Below, one piece after another: positions 1 to 10,155 of a DNA stretch of 64,000 nt (position 1 is the stretch's first letter; each line of letters opens with the position of its first letter). The position numbers were made by a program, and so were the translations under genes. Source of the stretch: Candidatus Azotimanducaceae bacterium (GTDB lineage: Bacteria; Pseudomonadota; Gammaproteobacteria; Pseudomonadales; Azotimanducaceae); assembly GCA_051278195.1 (NCBI GenBank), contig JBNMQM010000022.1, forward strand, positions 864 to 64,863, written 5' to 3'. The notes below the pieces were generated by a model. That model did not search any database. It was given only the letters and a program-made list of their open reading frames with translations, and had not been told where the DNA came from.

Positions 1-228
1 GATGAAGACACTAGAGGTCATTTCCATATCGACAAATCGATAGGCCCATATTCCGCTCAGATGGCCAATGACATTAAAGATCAACCATAACGCCAACATC
101 AAAAATAGCGCAGGATTTTTGACCAGGTGCCAGTTACGAGTGATATGGCCGAGATAGATCAAAATCACCGATATGGCGATTGCGCCAACAAGCCCCACGA
201 GAACCATTAGAAATTCAAAGAAAGTCAT
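1..228 (-). CDS. hypothetical membrane protein, N-terminal part only (gene runs off the left edge)
   Basis: My translation of the reverse strand from the ATG (rc of 226-228) gives MTFFEFLMVLVGLVGAIAISVILIYLGHITRNWHLVKNPALFLMLALWLIFNVIGHLSGIW... It stays open to position 1 and has two hydrophobic helices. It is absent from the ORF track because no stop lies in the window. Confidence 0.4.
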   Translation of the reverse strand, partial: MTFFEFLMVLVGLVGAIAISVILIYLGHITRNWHLVKNPALFLMLALWLIFNVIGHLSGIWAYRFVDMEMTSSVFI

Positions 229-267
229 CTGACAGCCTGGTCCCAACTATTTTTTTTCGATAAGCAC

Positions 268-762
268 CTAGTCATACATGCCCCCTATCTTTGACCCATC
301 CTGGGTTTCAAGGTTATCGACGTAATCTCGAAACGACCTCGTAAAGGTTGATTGTCTTTGTGCCCAGTAGAACTGGAAACCGGGTTGGTTGATGAGTGCC
401 GAAAGCGTGCCTAAGGTGACGACTTGGAGGGAGCTGTCTAATGTACCCTCTTGACCTAGGATAAAGGCATTTTGATAAAGCAACATTCCACCGTGCAACA
501 GGTATAAGAAATCGGCTAAGTCCTCATCCGATATCGACTCCGGCTCTACCGTTCCTTTTCTGAAGACTGCGTCACCAACACGCTCTAGGCCGATATCCGA
601 ATACCACGCACTGAGTGAAAGCGCTACTTTACTTGTGGTGGCTGAGCGTGTGGCTTTTTCATTTGTAGATAACTCCATGACCACAATGACCAATGTAGCC
701 AGCAAGGAAAATGTCGCCACGATTTCTACGACGCCTCTGATGACGGGCGAAATTTTCTTCAT
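268..762 (-). CDS. hypothetical protein with N-terminal membrane anchor
   Basis: 164-aa ORF with one N-terminal TM helix (VVEIVATFSLLATLVIVVMEL). It is co-directional and tightly spaced with its neighbours. I recognise no family motif. Confidence 0.5.
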   Translation of the reverse strand: MKKISPVIRGVVEIVATFSLLATLVIVVMELSTNEKATRSATTSKVALSLSAWYSDIGLERVGDAVFRKGTVEPESISDEDLADFLYLLHGGMLLYQNAFILGQEGTLDSSLQVVTLGTLSALINQPGFQFYWAQRQSTFTRSFRDYVDNLETQDGSKIGGMYD

Positions 763-890
763 GGCGGTTTCTCCTTTTTTGCTAGGCGATGAAACAGTAA
801 CTGGGGTTCAAATATGAGTTCCTTCTATGGAGAGTAAAGTGCCGGAGTAAACTTTGCACGCATGGTTGTTGGTTCGGTCCGATGGGGCAG

Positions 891-1625
891 TTAACTGCCA
901 CCGAACTTTTTATTCAAGGCTCTCTTCTCAACCATAGAGTGCAGGGGCATGATGACGGCAAGCAGTAGATAGATCCAACCTGAAAGCACAACCCAGTTGT
1001 CTTCGGCGAGGATAGCGATCAGTATTGAGGTCATGCCCATGCTGGATAAAATCATCCAGCCTATGACATCAGCCCGTGTCGCAAAACGCTCTCTGTCTGT
1101 CAATGCTAGTTGATCTGCGTTTCGCCATGCTTCCCAGAATAGACCAGCAATTAGTGCGCAGAGAAAACCGAAACCAGAACCATACAAGATAAAGACTATG
1201 CGGATTTGACTGTAAGTAAACTCGAAAGGGCCTGGGAAAAAATTATTAGATACAAAGCCCATGCCTGCGCCAAACATAACGCGTAGAGGGTAAACAATAA
1301 TTAAGGTTCCAGCGACCAACAGCAGCGAAATCCACAGTGTTCTGGATGTTTCAAGTCCGTACCGACGACTCCAAGCACGGTGACCCAGCCAAAACATTAT
1401 CAGCTGAAAAAAGCAGGCGACAAATGCTGGCGACTGAAGAAGCGCGTTAATGAAGGCGTCGTAATTATCTGGGATAGAATCCACGGAGATGACCAGCAGG
1501 GTGACGGCAAAAGCGAAAGCAGCATCGACAAAAGTTTCCAGTCGAGTCATGTCCGATCCACGTAGATAGAATTCGCCTTCGCGGGGCAATTTCGCGAGGT
1601 CTTCTGATTTCCAGTCTGGCATCAT
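891..1625 (-). CDS. DUF1211/TMEM175-like membrane protein (putative cation channel family)
   Basis: About 6 TM helices. The N-terminal RLETFVDAAFAFAVTLLV resembles the R-x-x-x-F-S-D helix-1 signature of DUF1211/TMEM175. Confidence 0.55.
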   Translation of the reverse strand: MMPDWKSEDLAKLPREGEFYLRGSDMTRLETFVDAAFAFAVTLLVISVDSIPDNYDAFINALLQSPAFVACFFQLIMFWLGHRAWSRRYGLETSRTLWISLLLVAGTLIIVYPLRVMFGAGMGFVSNNFFPGPFEFTYSQIRIVFILYGSGFGFLCALIAGLFWEAWRNADQLALTDRERFATRADVIGWMILSSMGMTSILIAILAEDNWVVLSGWIYLLLAVIMPLHSMVEKRALNKKFGGS

Positions 1626-1693
1626 GATCCTATTCCAATCCTAAAATTAACGGCCAGAGTAAAGTGTTTGGGTATTGTTAAAGTGTTGGGCAA

Positions 1694-2686
1694 TTAATTT
1701 TCCGTTGTTTCATTAGGCTGTTGTTTGTGTTCGGTCCGCAGAAACATGAAAAAACACGCCGTCGCGACCGCGGATAGTAGATGCCAGATACCGTGCGCCT
1801 GAATAAGTGAATCGGGATCACATAAAGGATGACCGACTTTACCCGTCTGCCAAATCGCAAACGCACTCATATAGCTGGCCACACCTAAAGCAAACCAGGG
1901 TAGATAGGCACGTCGAGCCTCGGCAGGCCCTGCGGCAAGCAGGCCGGGTAACCAGAACAGGGTGACCCACCAAAATTTAGCGGGTTCTGCCAACATATCC
2001 AATGGCGTAATGCCAAACACGCCAGCGACAACAAAACCGGCAAACCCTGAGAGAAAGCGAAGCCACTGGGACCAGAACCGATACAAAATTTCACTGATGA
2101 TCCAGAAGGCAATCGATAGTCCAAAGAAGTCGAGATTGATGCCTAAGCCCCCACCATACATAGCGCGCCCAAGCCCGTAAACCATCACCAAAGCTGCGTA
2201 GATGCCCAATACTTGTTTGGGCGGCCAGCGCCCCATAACTGAAACGTTTATCAGCCAGGGGATTAAAATGTACATCACCATGCTGAGGTTGTCGGCCCAG
2301 CCTCCCCACGCCGTGTGGGTGCCGTGCATTAGTAGGGACCCTGGACCTAACCAAATAGCCGCCCCCGCATAAAGCAGTGCAATAGGGCTGTGACCAAACA
2401 TCGCGCCGGTTCGTCCTAGTCTAACGTCTCGGCCTAACAGCCAAAGCATCCACAGGCCCGCGACCATAAAGCCAATATTGCTGAGCGCATTCACCGGTTC
2501 ACGAAACAATCCGGGCTGCACTCGCTCACACCATCTCGAAATTTCACCGATCGCTTGTTCTCTAGCTGCAGGTACACCCCATCCTTCCCAGCCGAAAACG
2601 ATGTAGCCGACAAAAAATGCAAAGCTGGCGGTGAGTCCAAATATTAAAGGCGTGAATGGCTCATAGGCCGTCGTGTTAGCTGTCAT
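1694..2686 (-). CDS. ceramidase-family (alkaline ceramidase-like) integral membrane hydrolase
   Basis: 7-TM protein with EPVNALSNIGF, LLMHGTHTAWGGWADNLSM and AHGIWHLLSA. These match the N-x-x-S-N, H...D and H-x-x-W-H metal-site motifs of the ceramidase family. Its start lies 8 bp from the stop of the upstream SDR. Confidence 0.55.
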   Translation of the reverse strand: MTANTTAYEPFTPLIFGLTASFAFFVGYIVFGWEGWGVPAAREQAIGEISRWCERVQPGLFREPVNALSNIGFMVAGLWMLWLLGRDVRLGRTGAMFGHSPIALLYAGAAIWLGPGSLLMHGTHTAWGGWADNLSMVMYILIPWLINVSVMGRWPPKQVLGIYAALVMVYGLGRAMYGGGLGINLDFFGLSIAFWIISEILYRFWSQWLRFLSGFAGFVVAGVFGITPLDMLAEPAKFWWVTLFWLPGLLAAGPAEARRAYLPWFALGVASYMSAFAIWQTGKVGHPLCDPDSLIQAHGIWHLLSAVATACFFMFLRTEHKQQPNETTEN

Positions 2687-2693
2687 TTATGAC

Positions 2694-3470
2694 TTAGTCC
2701 TTAGGTAATTGGGTTTTAGCCGCGGCCACATAACCTCGGTTCCAAGTTGGGCTAATCGTTACATCGTTAATGCAGACATGCTTGGGCATTTGCGCCAGGA
2801 ACTTGATTAGCTCACCGCAATCTTCAGCCTGAACCATCTTGGCGCGATCCTCGCTGCTAACTGGAATGGGCCGGTTATCTAAAATAGGTGTCGCAACCTC
2901 GCCGGGACATACCGCACACGCTCGAACCCCGTGCAGCCCAGCTTCCATATTAATGCTCTCGTTCATCGCATTCATGGCATGTTTAGCAGCTGTATAGGCT
3001 GGCCCGGTCACGATACTCACATGCTTACCTGCCCAGGAGGAAATGTTGATAATCAAGCCATCACCTTGTTCTTTCATCGCCGGTAGTACAGCCTTGCAAC
3101 AATAAAACGCGCCATCTAAGTCAATCCGAATAACGCTATCCCAATCCTCTACACTCAGATTGTGCCAATTTCTCTGTTTTACGTTGATACCAGCACTGGC
3201 CACCATGACATCGATTTGACCATGTGCCGCTAGTATGCGTTGTGCGACTAATGAGACCTCATCTTTATCGGCCACGTCCAATATCTCGATACTGGCCCGG
3301 CCATGTCCATGCTCATTACAAAGTGCAGCCACTTCGGCTAATTTTTCAGGGCGTCGGCCAGACAGTACAACGTGCATGCCGGCTTCGGCCAAGGCAACGG
3401 CAGAAGCTTCACCGATACCTGTGCCGGCGCCCGTGATCCAGGCAATCTTTCCTGATAAATCCCTTAACAT
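2694..3470 (-). CDS. SDR family oxidoreductase
   Basis: TGAGTGIG cofactor motif, NISS, and the YTAAKHA (Y-x-x-x-K) catalytic motif. Confidence 0.9.
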   Translation of the reverse strand: MLRDLSGKIAWITGAGTGIGEASAVALAEAGMHVVLSGRRPEKLAEVAALCNEHGHGRASIEILDVADKDEVSLVAQRILAAHGQIDVMVASAGINVKQRNWHNLSVEDWDSVIRIDLDGAFYCCKAVLPAMKEQGDGLIINISSWAGKHVSIVTGPAYTAAKHAMNAMNESINMEAGLHGVRACAVCPGEVATPILDNRPIPVSSEDRAKMVQAEDCGELIKFLAQMPKHVCINDVTISPTWNRGYVAAAKTQLPKD

Positions 3471-3705
3471 TGTTGAATCTCCGTTCTTTTAATGAATGTT
3501 AATTACATCGCTGCAGATTAGCATTGGTCACTGCAGGAGGTCATCACCTCCCAATTGCTGACTCACAATTAGGCGTAGCTGTAGTGACTTCGGTTGGGGA
3601 TAGGTAGCGAGTACGATAACTGAAACCTAGCTGAGCGGTGAGAAAACGTCTCCTCAACCAAAGAAACGAAAGCCGGTAAAGGCTCGCCTAAAAGACGAGT
3701 TCACG

Positions 3706-4342
3706 ATGACGCGTGGGCAACTGACGTTTGCTTCGGAAGGTATGGAGCTACCGGGAAATCGTTATCGTAGCCGCGTTCTTCATGTGCCCAGTCCCACATC
3801 CGGCGCAACCATTGGGCGTGGCTACGATATGAAAGAGCGCTCAAGCCATGAAGCACGAGAGGATTTACTCAGTGCAGGGATATCTTCGGCCGAATTAGCC
3901 GCCCTGTCTAAACTGGCAGGTCTGCAAGGGGCGCTCGCTGAAAAAACCATAGATGAGAACGATCTAGGTCAACTCGAGATCACGCCGGCCCAACAAAAAG
4001 TGTTGTTCGGACTTGTCTATAATGAGTTGGAAGGCGAAGTTATAAGGATTTGCGAAAAGGCTGATGTCGTAGAACGTTATGGACCAATAGACTTGGAGAG
4101 TCTATGCCGATAGCATCAAAAATTTACTTGTAGACCTTCGTTACCGAGGTGATTACACCGGTTTTACTCGGAGGAAGATCCAGCGTTCAGCAGTACCGAA
4201 CAACGTGGATCATTTTGCCAAACAGATGCAAAAAATTCCTCTCCGCAGGTCTAGTGCGTTTTGGTCAGCAATTACTCAATGCGAGTGTGCTGCAGTCGGA
4301 TACAATGCTGAAGTGATAATGAGCCTCGCTATGCTCTTCTGA
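3706..4342 (+). pseudogene. lysozyme-like (T4-lysozyme/pesticin-type muramidase fold) gene interrupted by a frameshift
   Basis: Frame 1 (3706-4113) encodes ...FASEGMEL...SGATIGRGYDM...VVERYGPIDLESLCR*. My translation of frame 2 is open from 4091 to the TGA at 4340-4342: TWRVYADSIKNLLVDLRYRGDYTGFTRRKIQ... The two parts read as one domain if one base is restored near 4091-4110. Confidence 0.45.
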
Positions 4343-4389
4343 TTAAGCTCTAAACGCATCTTGTACCTTCTGACCATAAGGTTTTCACC

Positions 4390-5310
4390 ATGAATTATTT
4401 TCGCCCGCTTTATCCCTTTCTGTTGGGATGGGTATTGATCCTGTCGACTGAGACATTTTCCCAGCTCGGGCTTGTCAATGGAGTCGGACAGCTGATCCTG
4501 TTTGCCGCCGTGGTGTGTGTTCCAATTTGGCTCACGGGACGCATGAGCTATGTTGATATTGGTTGGCCTTGGGGTCTGGTGCTATTGGCCTGTGTCAGTT
4601 ATGTCTATAGTGATGGTTATTGGCTGAGGTCACTCGCTGTGACGATATTGGTGATTCTGGTCGGACTGCGTATGGGCATAGGAGCACTCAATTTGTGGCG
4701 GCTTGGTTTGCTTAAGAAGGAATTTCCTCGCTATCAATATCAACGCTTGCGCTGGGAGAACGATGGCAAAACCAATGTAGGTCTAGCGCTGCAGGTAGAC
4801 GCTCTATCTCAAGGGCTGGCTAATGCCTCTTTTCTGGCGCTGCCGGTATTTATCATCGCGGCCAATCCCAATAGTGCATTTTCTGTGTTTGAACTGCTCG
4901 GTCTGACGATCGCTCTCTTGGCCTTTGCGATGGAGTCAGTCGCTGATTTCCAGAAGGTCCGGTTTTTGCGAGAGATGAAACGCGCGGAGAAAAAACTTCA
5001 GGTGTGCGATGTGGGTTTGTGGCGCTATTGCCGGCATCCTAATTACTTTGCTGAATGGATGGTGTGGAATGGTCTGGTGATCGCAGCGCTACCCTCATGG
5101 TTTGCCCTGCAGGGTCTAGAAAATACCATGCTGTGGTTGTTGCTGGGCGTTGGTCTGCTGCTTACGTCCAGAACCATGTACAACACGTTAGTGTATGTGA
5201 CTGGTGCAATTCCTTCAGAGCACTACTCGTTAGAGAAAAGGCCGGGTTATAAAGCGTATCAGCAGCGCACCAATCGCTTTTTTCCGGGTCCGCGAAAAAG
5301 CGACCTATAA
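4390..5310 (+). CDS. DUF1295 / steroid 5-alpha-reductase-like membrane protein
   Basis: Polytopic membrane protein with the C-terminal GLWRYCRHPNYFAEWMVW motif typical of DUF1295/ICMT-like reductase or methyltransferase folds. Confidence 0.7.
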   Translation: MNYFRPLYPFLLGWVLILSTETFSQLGLVNGVGQLILFAAVVCVPIWLTGRMSYVDIGWPWGLVLLACVSYVYSDGYWLRSLAVTILVILVGLRMGIGALNLWRLGLLKKEFPRYQYQRLRWENDGKTNVGLALQVDALSQGLANASFLALPVFIIAANPNSAFSVFELLGLTIALLAFAMESVADFQKVRFLREMKRAEKKLQVCDVGLWRYCRHPNYFAEWMVWNGLVIAALPSWFALQGLENTMLWLLLGVGLLLTSRTMYNTLVYVTGAIPSEHYSLEKRPGYKAYQQRTNRFFPGPRKSDL

Positions 5311-5353
5311 CTTAAGGGTAATAAAGGTAGGGTGAAAGAATCACCTCATTGCT

Positions 5354-6235
5354 TTAGGTGGGTTCTAGCTCAACCCTCGCCAGTAGTTCTACCAGTGCTC
5401 CAACTATTTCTGTGCCGAGGCTTAAGTGTCCATGTTCGGGGAATGTCTTGATCAGCGCATTTTCTAGTAAACTCGCGGTATGGTAAGCATGACTGATGGG
5501 GACTATCCAATCCTGCTCGCCATGAATGATCATCACTGGGCAAACCACTTTGTTGATGTCGAAACTTGACCACCCAGTCTGCGGACCATCAGCAATTCGA
5601 TCATCCGCGTAGCCCACTACACCCTGTCGAAAGGGCTCGTTATCGGGATCATTTGCCCCATAGGCCGGATCCGAAACAAGCGCTAAATCCGGTGGACTCA
5701 ACATTGGCGGCGCATCTGGGGCAGGCTCAAGCATCTTCTCGCCGTGCTCGCCAAATTGATCCGAGGCTATCGTAAGGTACTCGTCCCGGTTCGTTGCGCG
5801 CCAGATAGATCCGGAAGCGGGCATCCTTGCTTCTTCAACCGTGTTAGCCCAGTGCATATCGGACATCCCGCAACCGACCATGACACCGAGCACCCGATCT
5901 GGCGCAACTGATGCGATTGCGAGCGCATAGCTACCGCCCGTTGAATTGCCGAGGGTCATAAACTTGTGCAACCCCAAATGATCGGCAATCGCCAATGCAT
6001 CTTTAGTCCAGTCACTGATACTTCTGCCCGGCAGTGCGGTTGATTTTCCGTAACCCGGCCGGTCTACGCCGATGAGCCGAAAACCTGCTGAATTTGCTTC
6101 TTCAGCAGACGCTTTCATTTCCATCCTGGACCCTGGGCCTCCGTGGCAGCACAACACTGCGATATCACCCGGCTTGCCAAAGTCCGCGAAACTTATTGCA
6201 CGCCCGTCTTCCGCTTGGATTTCGTAATCTGCCAT
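5354..6235 (-). CDS. alpha/beta hydrolase
   Basis: HGGPGS oxyanion region, GNSTGG nucleophile elbow (G-x-S-x-G) and C-terminal EHGH. I moved the start to MADYEIQ (M28 of the tracked ORF 5354-6316); the upstream extension looks non-coding. Confidence 0.8.
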   Translation of the reverse strand: MADYEIQAEDGRAISFADFGKPGDIAVLCCHGGPGSRMEMKASAEEANSAGFRLIGVDRPGYGKSTALPGRSISDWTKDALAIADHLGLHKFMTLGNSTGGSYALAIASVAPDRVLGVMVGCGMSDMHWANTVEEARMPASGSIWRATNRDEYLTIASDQFGEHGEKMLEPAPDAPPMLSPPDLALVSDPAYGANDPDNEPFRQGVVGYADDRIADGPQTGWSSFDINKVVCPVMIIHGEQDWIVPISHAYHTASLLENALIKTFPEHGHLSLGTEIVGALVELLARVELEPT

Positions 6236-6468
6236 TGCTAAACCCTCGTTATTTTCATCAAGCTCTTTAATATCACATCTTGATATTACGCTTGCCGCTG
6301 GTTTTAACAAGATCAACAGTTTTACGATTAGCTTCTGCGGTAAATCACTGGAATGACACCCGCATTGTTAAATTTCGAGTTTACTAGGGTGTCTAACTCA
6401 AGCGCTGTACTCAAGTGGTAATCATTCATGAGATACTTTCTGCTTCTTATTCTGACAGCCAAAACTTT

Positions 6469-7185
6469 ATGACTGATCTTGGTCCTGTAGCTCACAATGC
6501 TTGGCGTTTGTCGCAAGGTACGATGGATCTGACTCGAGATGTTGCCAAGCAGCACGCCATCGAATTCTCAGCAGATCATATTCCCTTGCGTATTAACCTT
6601 GCGGCCACAGCTCTGATCATTGTTGATATGCAAAAGTTTTTCTGTGATCCACGGCCCGGGCAGGAACCTGCAGATCGGGCTTGCCATCAAGCCATCGGTC
6701 GCTTGTCTGAATTGGCACCGGCTCTGAGAAAACATTCTGTGCCGGTCGTTTGGGTGAACTGGGGCAATCGACTGGATGAGACGAACTTACCACCGAATGT
6801 TCGATACGCCTTTAACCGCGGTCAGTTGTCTGATCCCAAGCCCTTTCTTACTCGCGATACCGCAGCGACAGAAATCGTTAGCGAACTTAGTGCAGAGGCG
6901 GGTGATGTTCATGTAGACAAGTACCGACTCTCGGGCTTCTGGGATACGCCTTTGGATTCGATATTGCGCGGTCTTCGTGTCGACACTTTGCTCTTTGCCG
7001 GGGTTAATCTTGATCAGTGCGTTTATCACACTCTAGCCGACGCAAGTTTTCTCGGCTACGACTGCATCCTATTAAATGATTGTGCAGCAACCAATTCGCC
7101 TGACTATTGTACTGATGCAACGCTCTACAATGTAAAGCTAATGGGGTTCGTCGCCGAGTCTACTGCGATCATGGCACGAATATAA
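6469..7185 (+). CDS. isochorismatase-family cysteine hydrolase
   Basis: ALIIVDMQKFF, VNWG and LLFAGVNLDQCVYHT (catalytic Cys) motifs. The start is uncertain: GTG 6415, ATG 6469 or ATG 6523. Confidence 0.8.
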   Translation: MTDLGPVAHNAWRLSQGTMDLTRDVAKQHAIEFSADHIPLRINLAATALIIVDMQKFFCDPRPGQEPADRACHQAIGRLSELAPALRKHSVPVVWVNWGNRLDETNLPPNVRYAFNRGQLSDPKPFLTRDTAATEIVSELSAEAGDVHVDKYRLSGFWDTPLDSILRGLRVDTLLFAGVNLDQCVYHTLADASFLGYDCILLNDCAATNSPDYCTDATLYNVKLMGFVAESTAIMARI

Positions 7186-7197
7186 ACTAGCGTCCGG

Positions 7198-8919
7198 CTA
7201 GGGCAGGGTTCGAACAGTCCCCTCGCGGCGCTTGTCAGCTGCGCCTTCAAGTCCGTCTGGCCGAACCACGATCAGGTGTATTCCGGAGTTCTCGCCTTCC
7301 CGTTCCTGCACGTCATAACCGCGTTTGTTCAGCATAGCGGCGATTGCTTTGCCATCTCCAACACCGGTTTCAACCCGAACTCGCTTACCCCGTGCAATAA
7401 TATTGGCATGGTCGGCAGCTTCCTGGGCGGACAGGTCCCAGGCCATAACACCGATGATTGTTTTGGCGACGTATGCAGGAATCGAATTTCCGCCAGGAGA
7501 TCCGGTAACCATCAACAAATTCCCACCGGCATCCAGAACCATGGTGGGCGACATTGAGGAACGTGGTCGTCTGCCAGGTGCGATAGCGTTAGCAGGTATT
7601 TTCCCGTTTTCAGATACTTCCCGCGCAAAATCCGTCATTTCGTTATTCAACAGGAAACCGTGGACCCATCGAGACGACCCGAATGGCGCTTCCACTGTCG
7701 CTGTTAAAGAAACAGCGTTACCTTTGCCGTCTACAATGGAAAGGTGGGTCGTTCCGGCGGGTTCTTGAGTCGTGTCTGCACCCCAGTCTAGGCTTGCCAA
7801 ACGACCGAGTACCGCCGCAGGATCACCTTGCACAGGTGTCGCAGCTGGTGGGAATCGATCTTTAGCCCGTGCCTTTAGATAGCGTGGGTCAAGTAGGTCC
7901 TCTAGAGGAATCGTGACCGCATCAGGATCACCAAAGTAAAAGTCTCTGTCCGCATAAGCGAGTCTTTGGGCATCCACCAATGCTGTAATTTTGTCATCCC
8001 GTAAAGTGCTGCCCGCTACTAGGTGATCGTACAGTCCAGCAATCATGATCTGTGCGCCGCCGGATGAGGGTGGTGACGTTGTACATATCTGCGTGTCGCG
8101 GAAGTCGCCACAAATAACAGGACGATCGACTGCGCGATAAGCGGCGATATCCTCTATCGATAGAGTCCCGGGGTTGGGTTCTGATGTTGCTGCCGTGGCC
8201 ATTGCCTGCGCCACTTCGCCGCGGTAAAAAGCGTCGATTCCCTCAGTTGCAATACGCGTTAGCAATGCTGCGTAGTCAGGATTGTCTCGAACATCTCCGG
8301 GTTTCAGTGACTCCCCATTTGGATAGAAATAAGCTGAGGGAGCAGGGTGCTCGCTAAGTTGAACTCGGCCTTTCAAACGATCGAGCATTCCTGACATTCT
8401 CGGTGACACGACAAATCCACGGGTAGCCAGCTGAATGGCAGGCTCAAACAATTTTTTCCAGGCGAGCTTCCCATGGGCATCATGCGCTTGCTTGTACATG
8501 GCGACTGCACCGGGAATGCCAATAGCTTTGCCGCTTTGCCATGCTTCAAAAAACCCCATGACCTTGCCGTCTTTCATGAACATATCGACGGTCGCGCCGG
8601 ACGGTGCTTGTTCACGACCATCGTGAAACGACAGTGATTTAGTGTCGTAGTCATAAGCGAGTAAAAAGCCGCCTCCGCCGATCCCAGAACTCTGTGGTTC
8701 TACCAAGCCCAGTACCAGATGTGCGGCAATTGCAGCATCAACCGCATGGCCGCCTTGTTCCAGTATTGAGATTGCTGCGTCCGTCGCATAAGGATTGGCG
8801 GTTGCTGCGATTGCGCCTTTGCTCCATGGCGAGACCTGATCTGGTGCACTGTCAGATTGAGACGCACAGCCAGCGAGCGCCATCACAAGCGATAGTGTAA
8901 TTAGGGTCTTTCTAACCAT
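7198..8919 (-). CDS. ggt: gamma-glutamyltransferase, lipoprotein precursor
   Basis: Autoprocessing and nucleophile region GTTHLSIVDGKGNAVSLTATVEAPFGS, plus GSPGGNSIP. Start set at MVRKTLITLSLVMALAGCAS (lipobox), preceded by GGAGA. Confidence 0.9.
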   Translation of the reverse strand: MVRKTLITLSLVMALAGCASQSDSAPDQVSPWSKGAIAATANPYATDAAISILEQGGHAVDAAIAAHLVLGLVEPQSSGIGGGGFLLAYDYDTKSLSFHDGREQAPSGATVDMFMKDGKVMGFFEAWQSGKAIGIPGAVAMYKQAHDAHGKLAWKKLFEPAIQLATRGFVVSPRMSGMLDRLKGRVQLSEHPAPSAYFYPNGESLKPGDVRDNPDYAALLTRIATEGIDAFYRGEVAQAMATAATSEPNPGTLSIEDIAAYRAVDRPVICGDFRDTQICTTSPPSSGGAQIMIAGLYDHLVAGSTLRDDKITALVDAQRLAYADRDFYFGDPDAVTIPLEDLLDPRYLKARAKDRFPPAATPVQGDPAAVLGRLASLDWGADTTQEPAGTTHLSIVDGKGNAVSLTATVEAPFGSSRWVHGFLLNNEMTDFAREVSENGKIPANAIAPGRRPRSSMSPTMVLDAGGNLLMVTGSPGGNSIPAYVAKTIIGVMAWDLSAQEAADHANIIARGKRVRVETGVGDGKAIAAMLNKRGYDVQEREGENSGIHLIVVRPDGLEGAADKRREGTVRTLP

Positions 8920-9146
8920 GTTTTTCTCCAACGATCGGCGATGAATCTTTAACGGCAAAAATCGAGCCATTACTAGTAGGGAGGCTCGCTCAAAGGATCG
9001 CACATTAGCGATGCCGAACATAACCACTATATATCGATCTCTGTGATAGTCATTAGCTGATCGAAAAACTGTGCGGCTGGCACTATACTCCGGACGCTTT
9101 GCTCAAAAAAAGAGACGCTTCTCAATGTCATAACAGAGACTGTAAT

Positions 9147-10130
9147 ATGCAAAGAACACTAGGTAAAAGCGGCATCCAAGTGAGTGCAGTTGGTATGGGT
9201 TGCTGGGCAATTGGCGGTCCTTTCGATTGGGCTCAACCGGGACAGGCAGCATGGCCGGCGGGCTGGGGTAAGGTCGATGATGCTGAATCTATCAGTGCTA
9301 TCCACGCTGGTCTGGACTGTGGTGTTAACTTCTTCGATACCGCTGCTAATTATGGCGCGGGACATAGTGAAGTTATTCTCGGGCAGGCGCTAGCGGGCAA
9401 ACGAGATTCTGCAGTCATCGCGACAAAATTTGGCCACATCGTCAATGAAGCAGAGAAATTCATTTATGCGGACGACAGCAAAGCGCTTGAAAACGTGCGC
9501 GATGACATCGAAAACAGTCTGCGACGGCTCAATACAGACTACGTTGATATCTATCAATTTCACCTCGGTAACTACGAACCTTCGCTCGCACTGGAGATAC
9601 GTGGCGCGTTGGAAGACCTCGTCACTGCGGGGAAAATTCGATGGTATGGATGGAGCACAGACCTTCTCGATCGCGCTAGTGTCTTCGCCGACGGCGAACA
9701 TTGCACGTCCATTCAGTTCAGCCTCAATGCGCTAAAAGATAACGCAGAAATAAGAAAGCTCTGCACGGATTACGATCTCGCTGGGATAAACAAAGACCCG
9801 TTAAACCAGGGTGTCCTCACCGGAAAATTCACCACCGAGTCAACCTTTGCAAAAGACGATATTCGAGCGCTCAAGGATTTTAAACAAGATCGTTTTGCTA
9901 AGCCGTTGAAGACTGTAGAAGCACTTCGAGAAATTCTAACTTCCGCTGGTCGCACAATGGCGCAAGGTGCGTTGGCTTATATCTGGGCGCTGGATGATCG
10001 CATGATCCCAATCCCTGGCTTCCGAACCGTTGCGCAGGTTCAGGACAATGCCGGAGCAATGGAATTTGGACCGCTGGCGCAGGAAGAACTGCAACAAGTT
10101 CAAGCGGTCACCGCCCAAGGTGGCGTGTGA
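9147..10130 (+). CDS. aldo/keto reductase
   Basis: MQRTLGKSGIQVSAVGMGCW..., FFDTAANYG, IATKFGH and DIYQFH are typical AKR blocks. Start moved to the ATG at 9147. Confidence 0.9.
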   Translation: MQRTLGKSGIQVSAVGMGCWAIGGPFDWAQPGQAAWPAGWGKVDDAESISAIHAGLDCGVNFFDTAANYGAGHSEVILGQALAGKRDSAVIATKFGHIVNEAEKFIYADDSKALENVRDDIENSLRRLNTDYVDIYQFHLGNYEPSLALEIRGALEDLVTAGKIRWYGWSTDLLDRASVFADGEHCTSIQFSLNALKDNAEIRKLCTDYDLAGINKDPLNQGVLTGKFTTESTFAKDDIRALKDFKQDRFAKPLKTVEALREILTSAGRTMAQGALAYIWALDDRMIPIPGFRTVAQVQDNAGAMEFGPLAQEELQQVQAVTAQGGV

Positions 10131-10155
10131 TTCTTTGAGCGTTCAGCGAAAAGGC

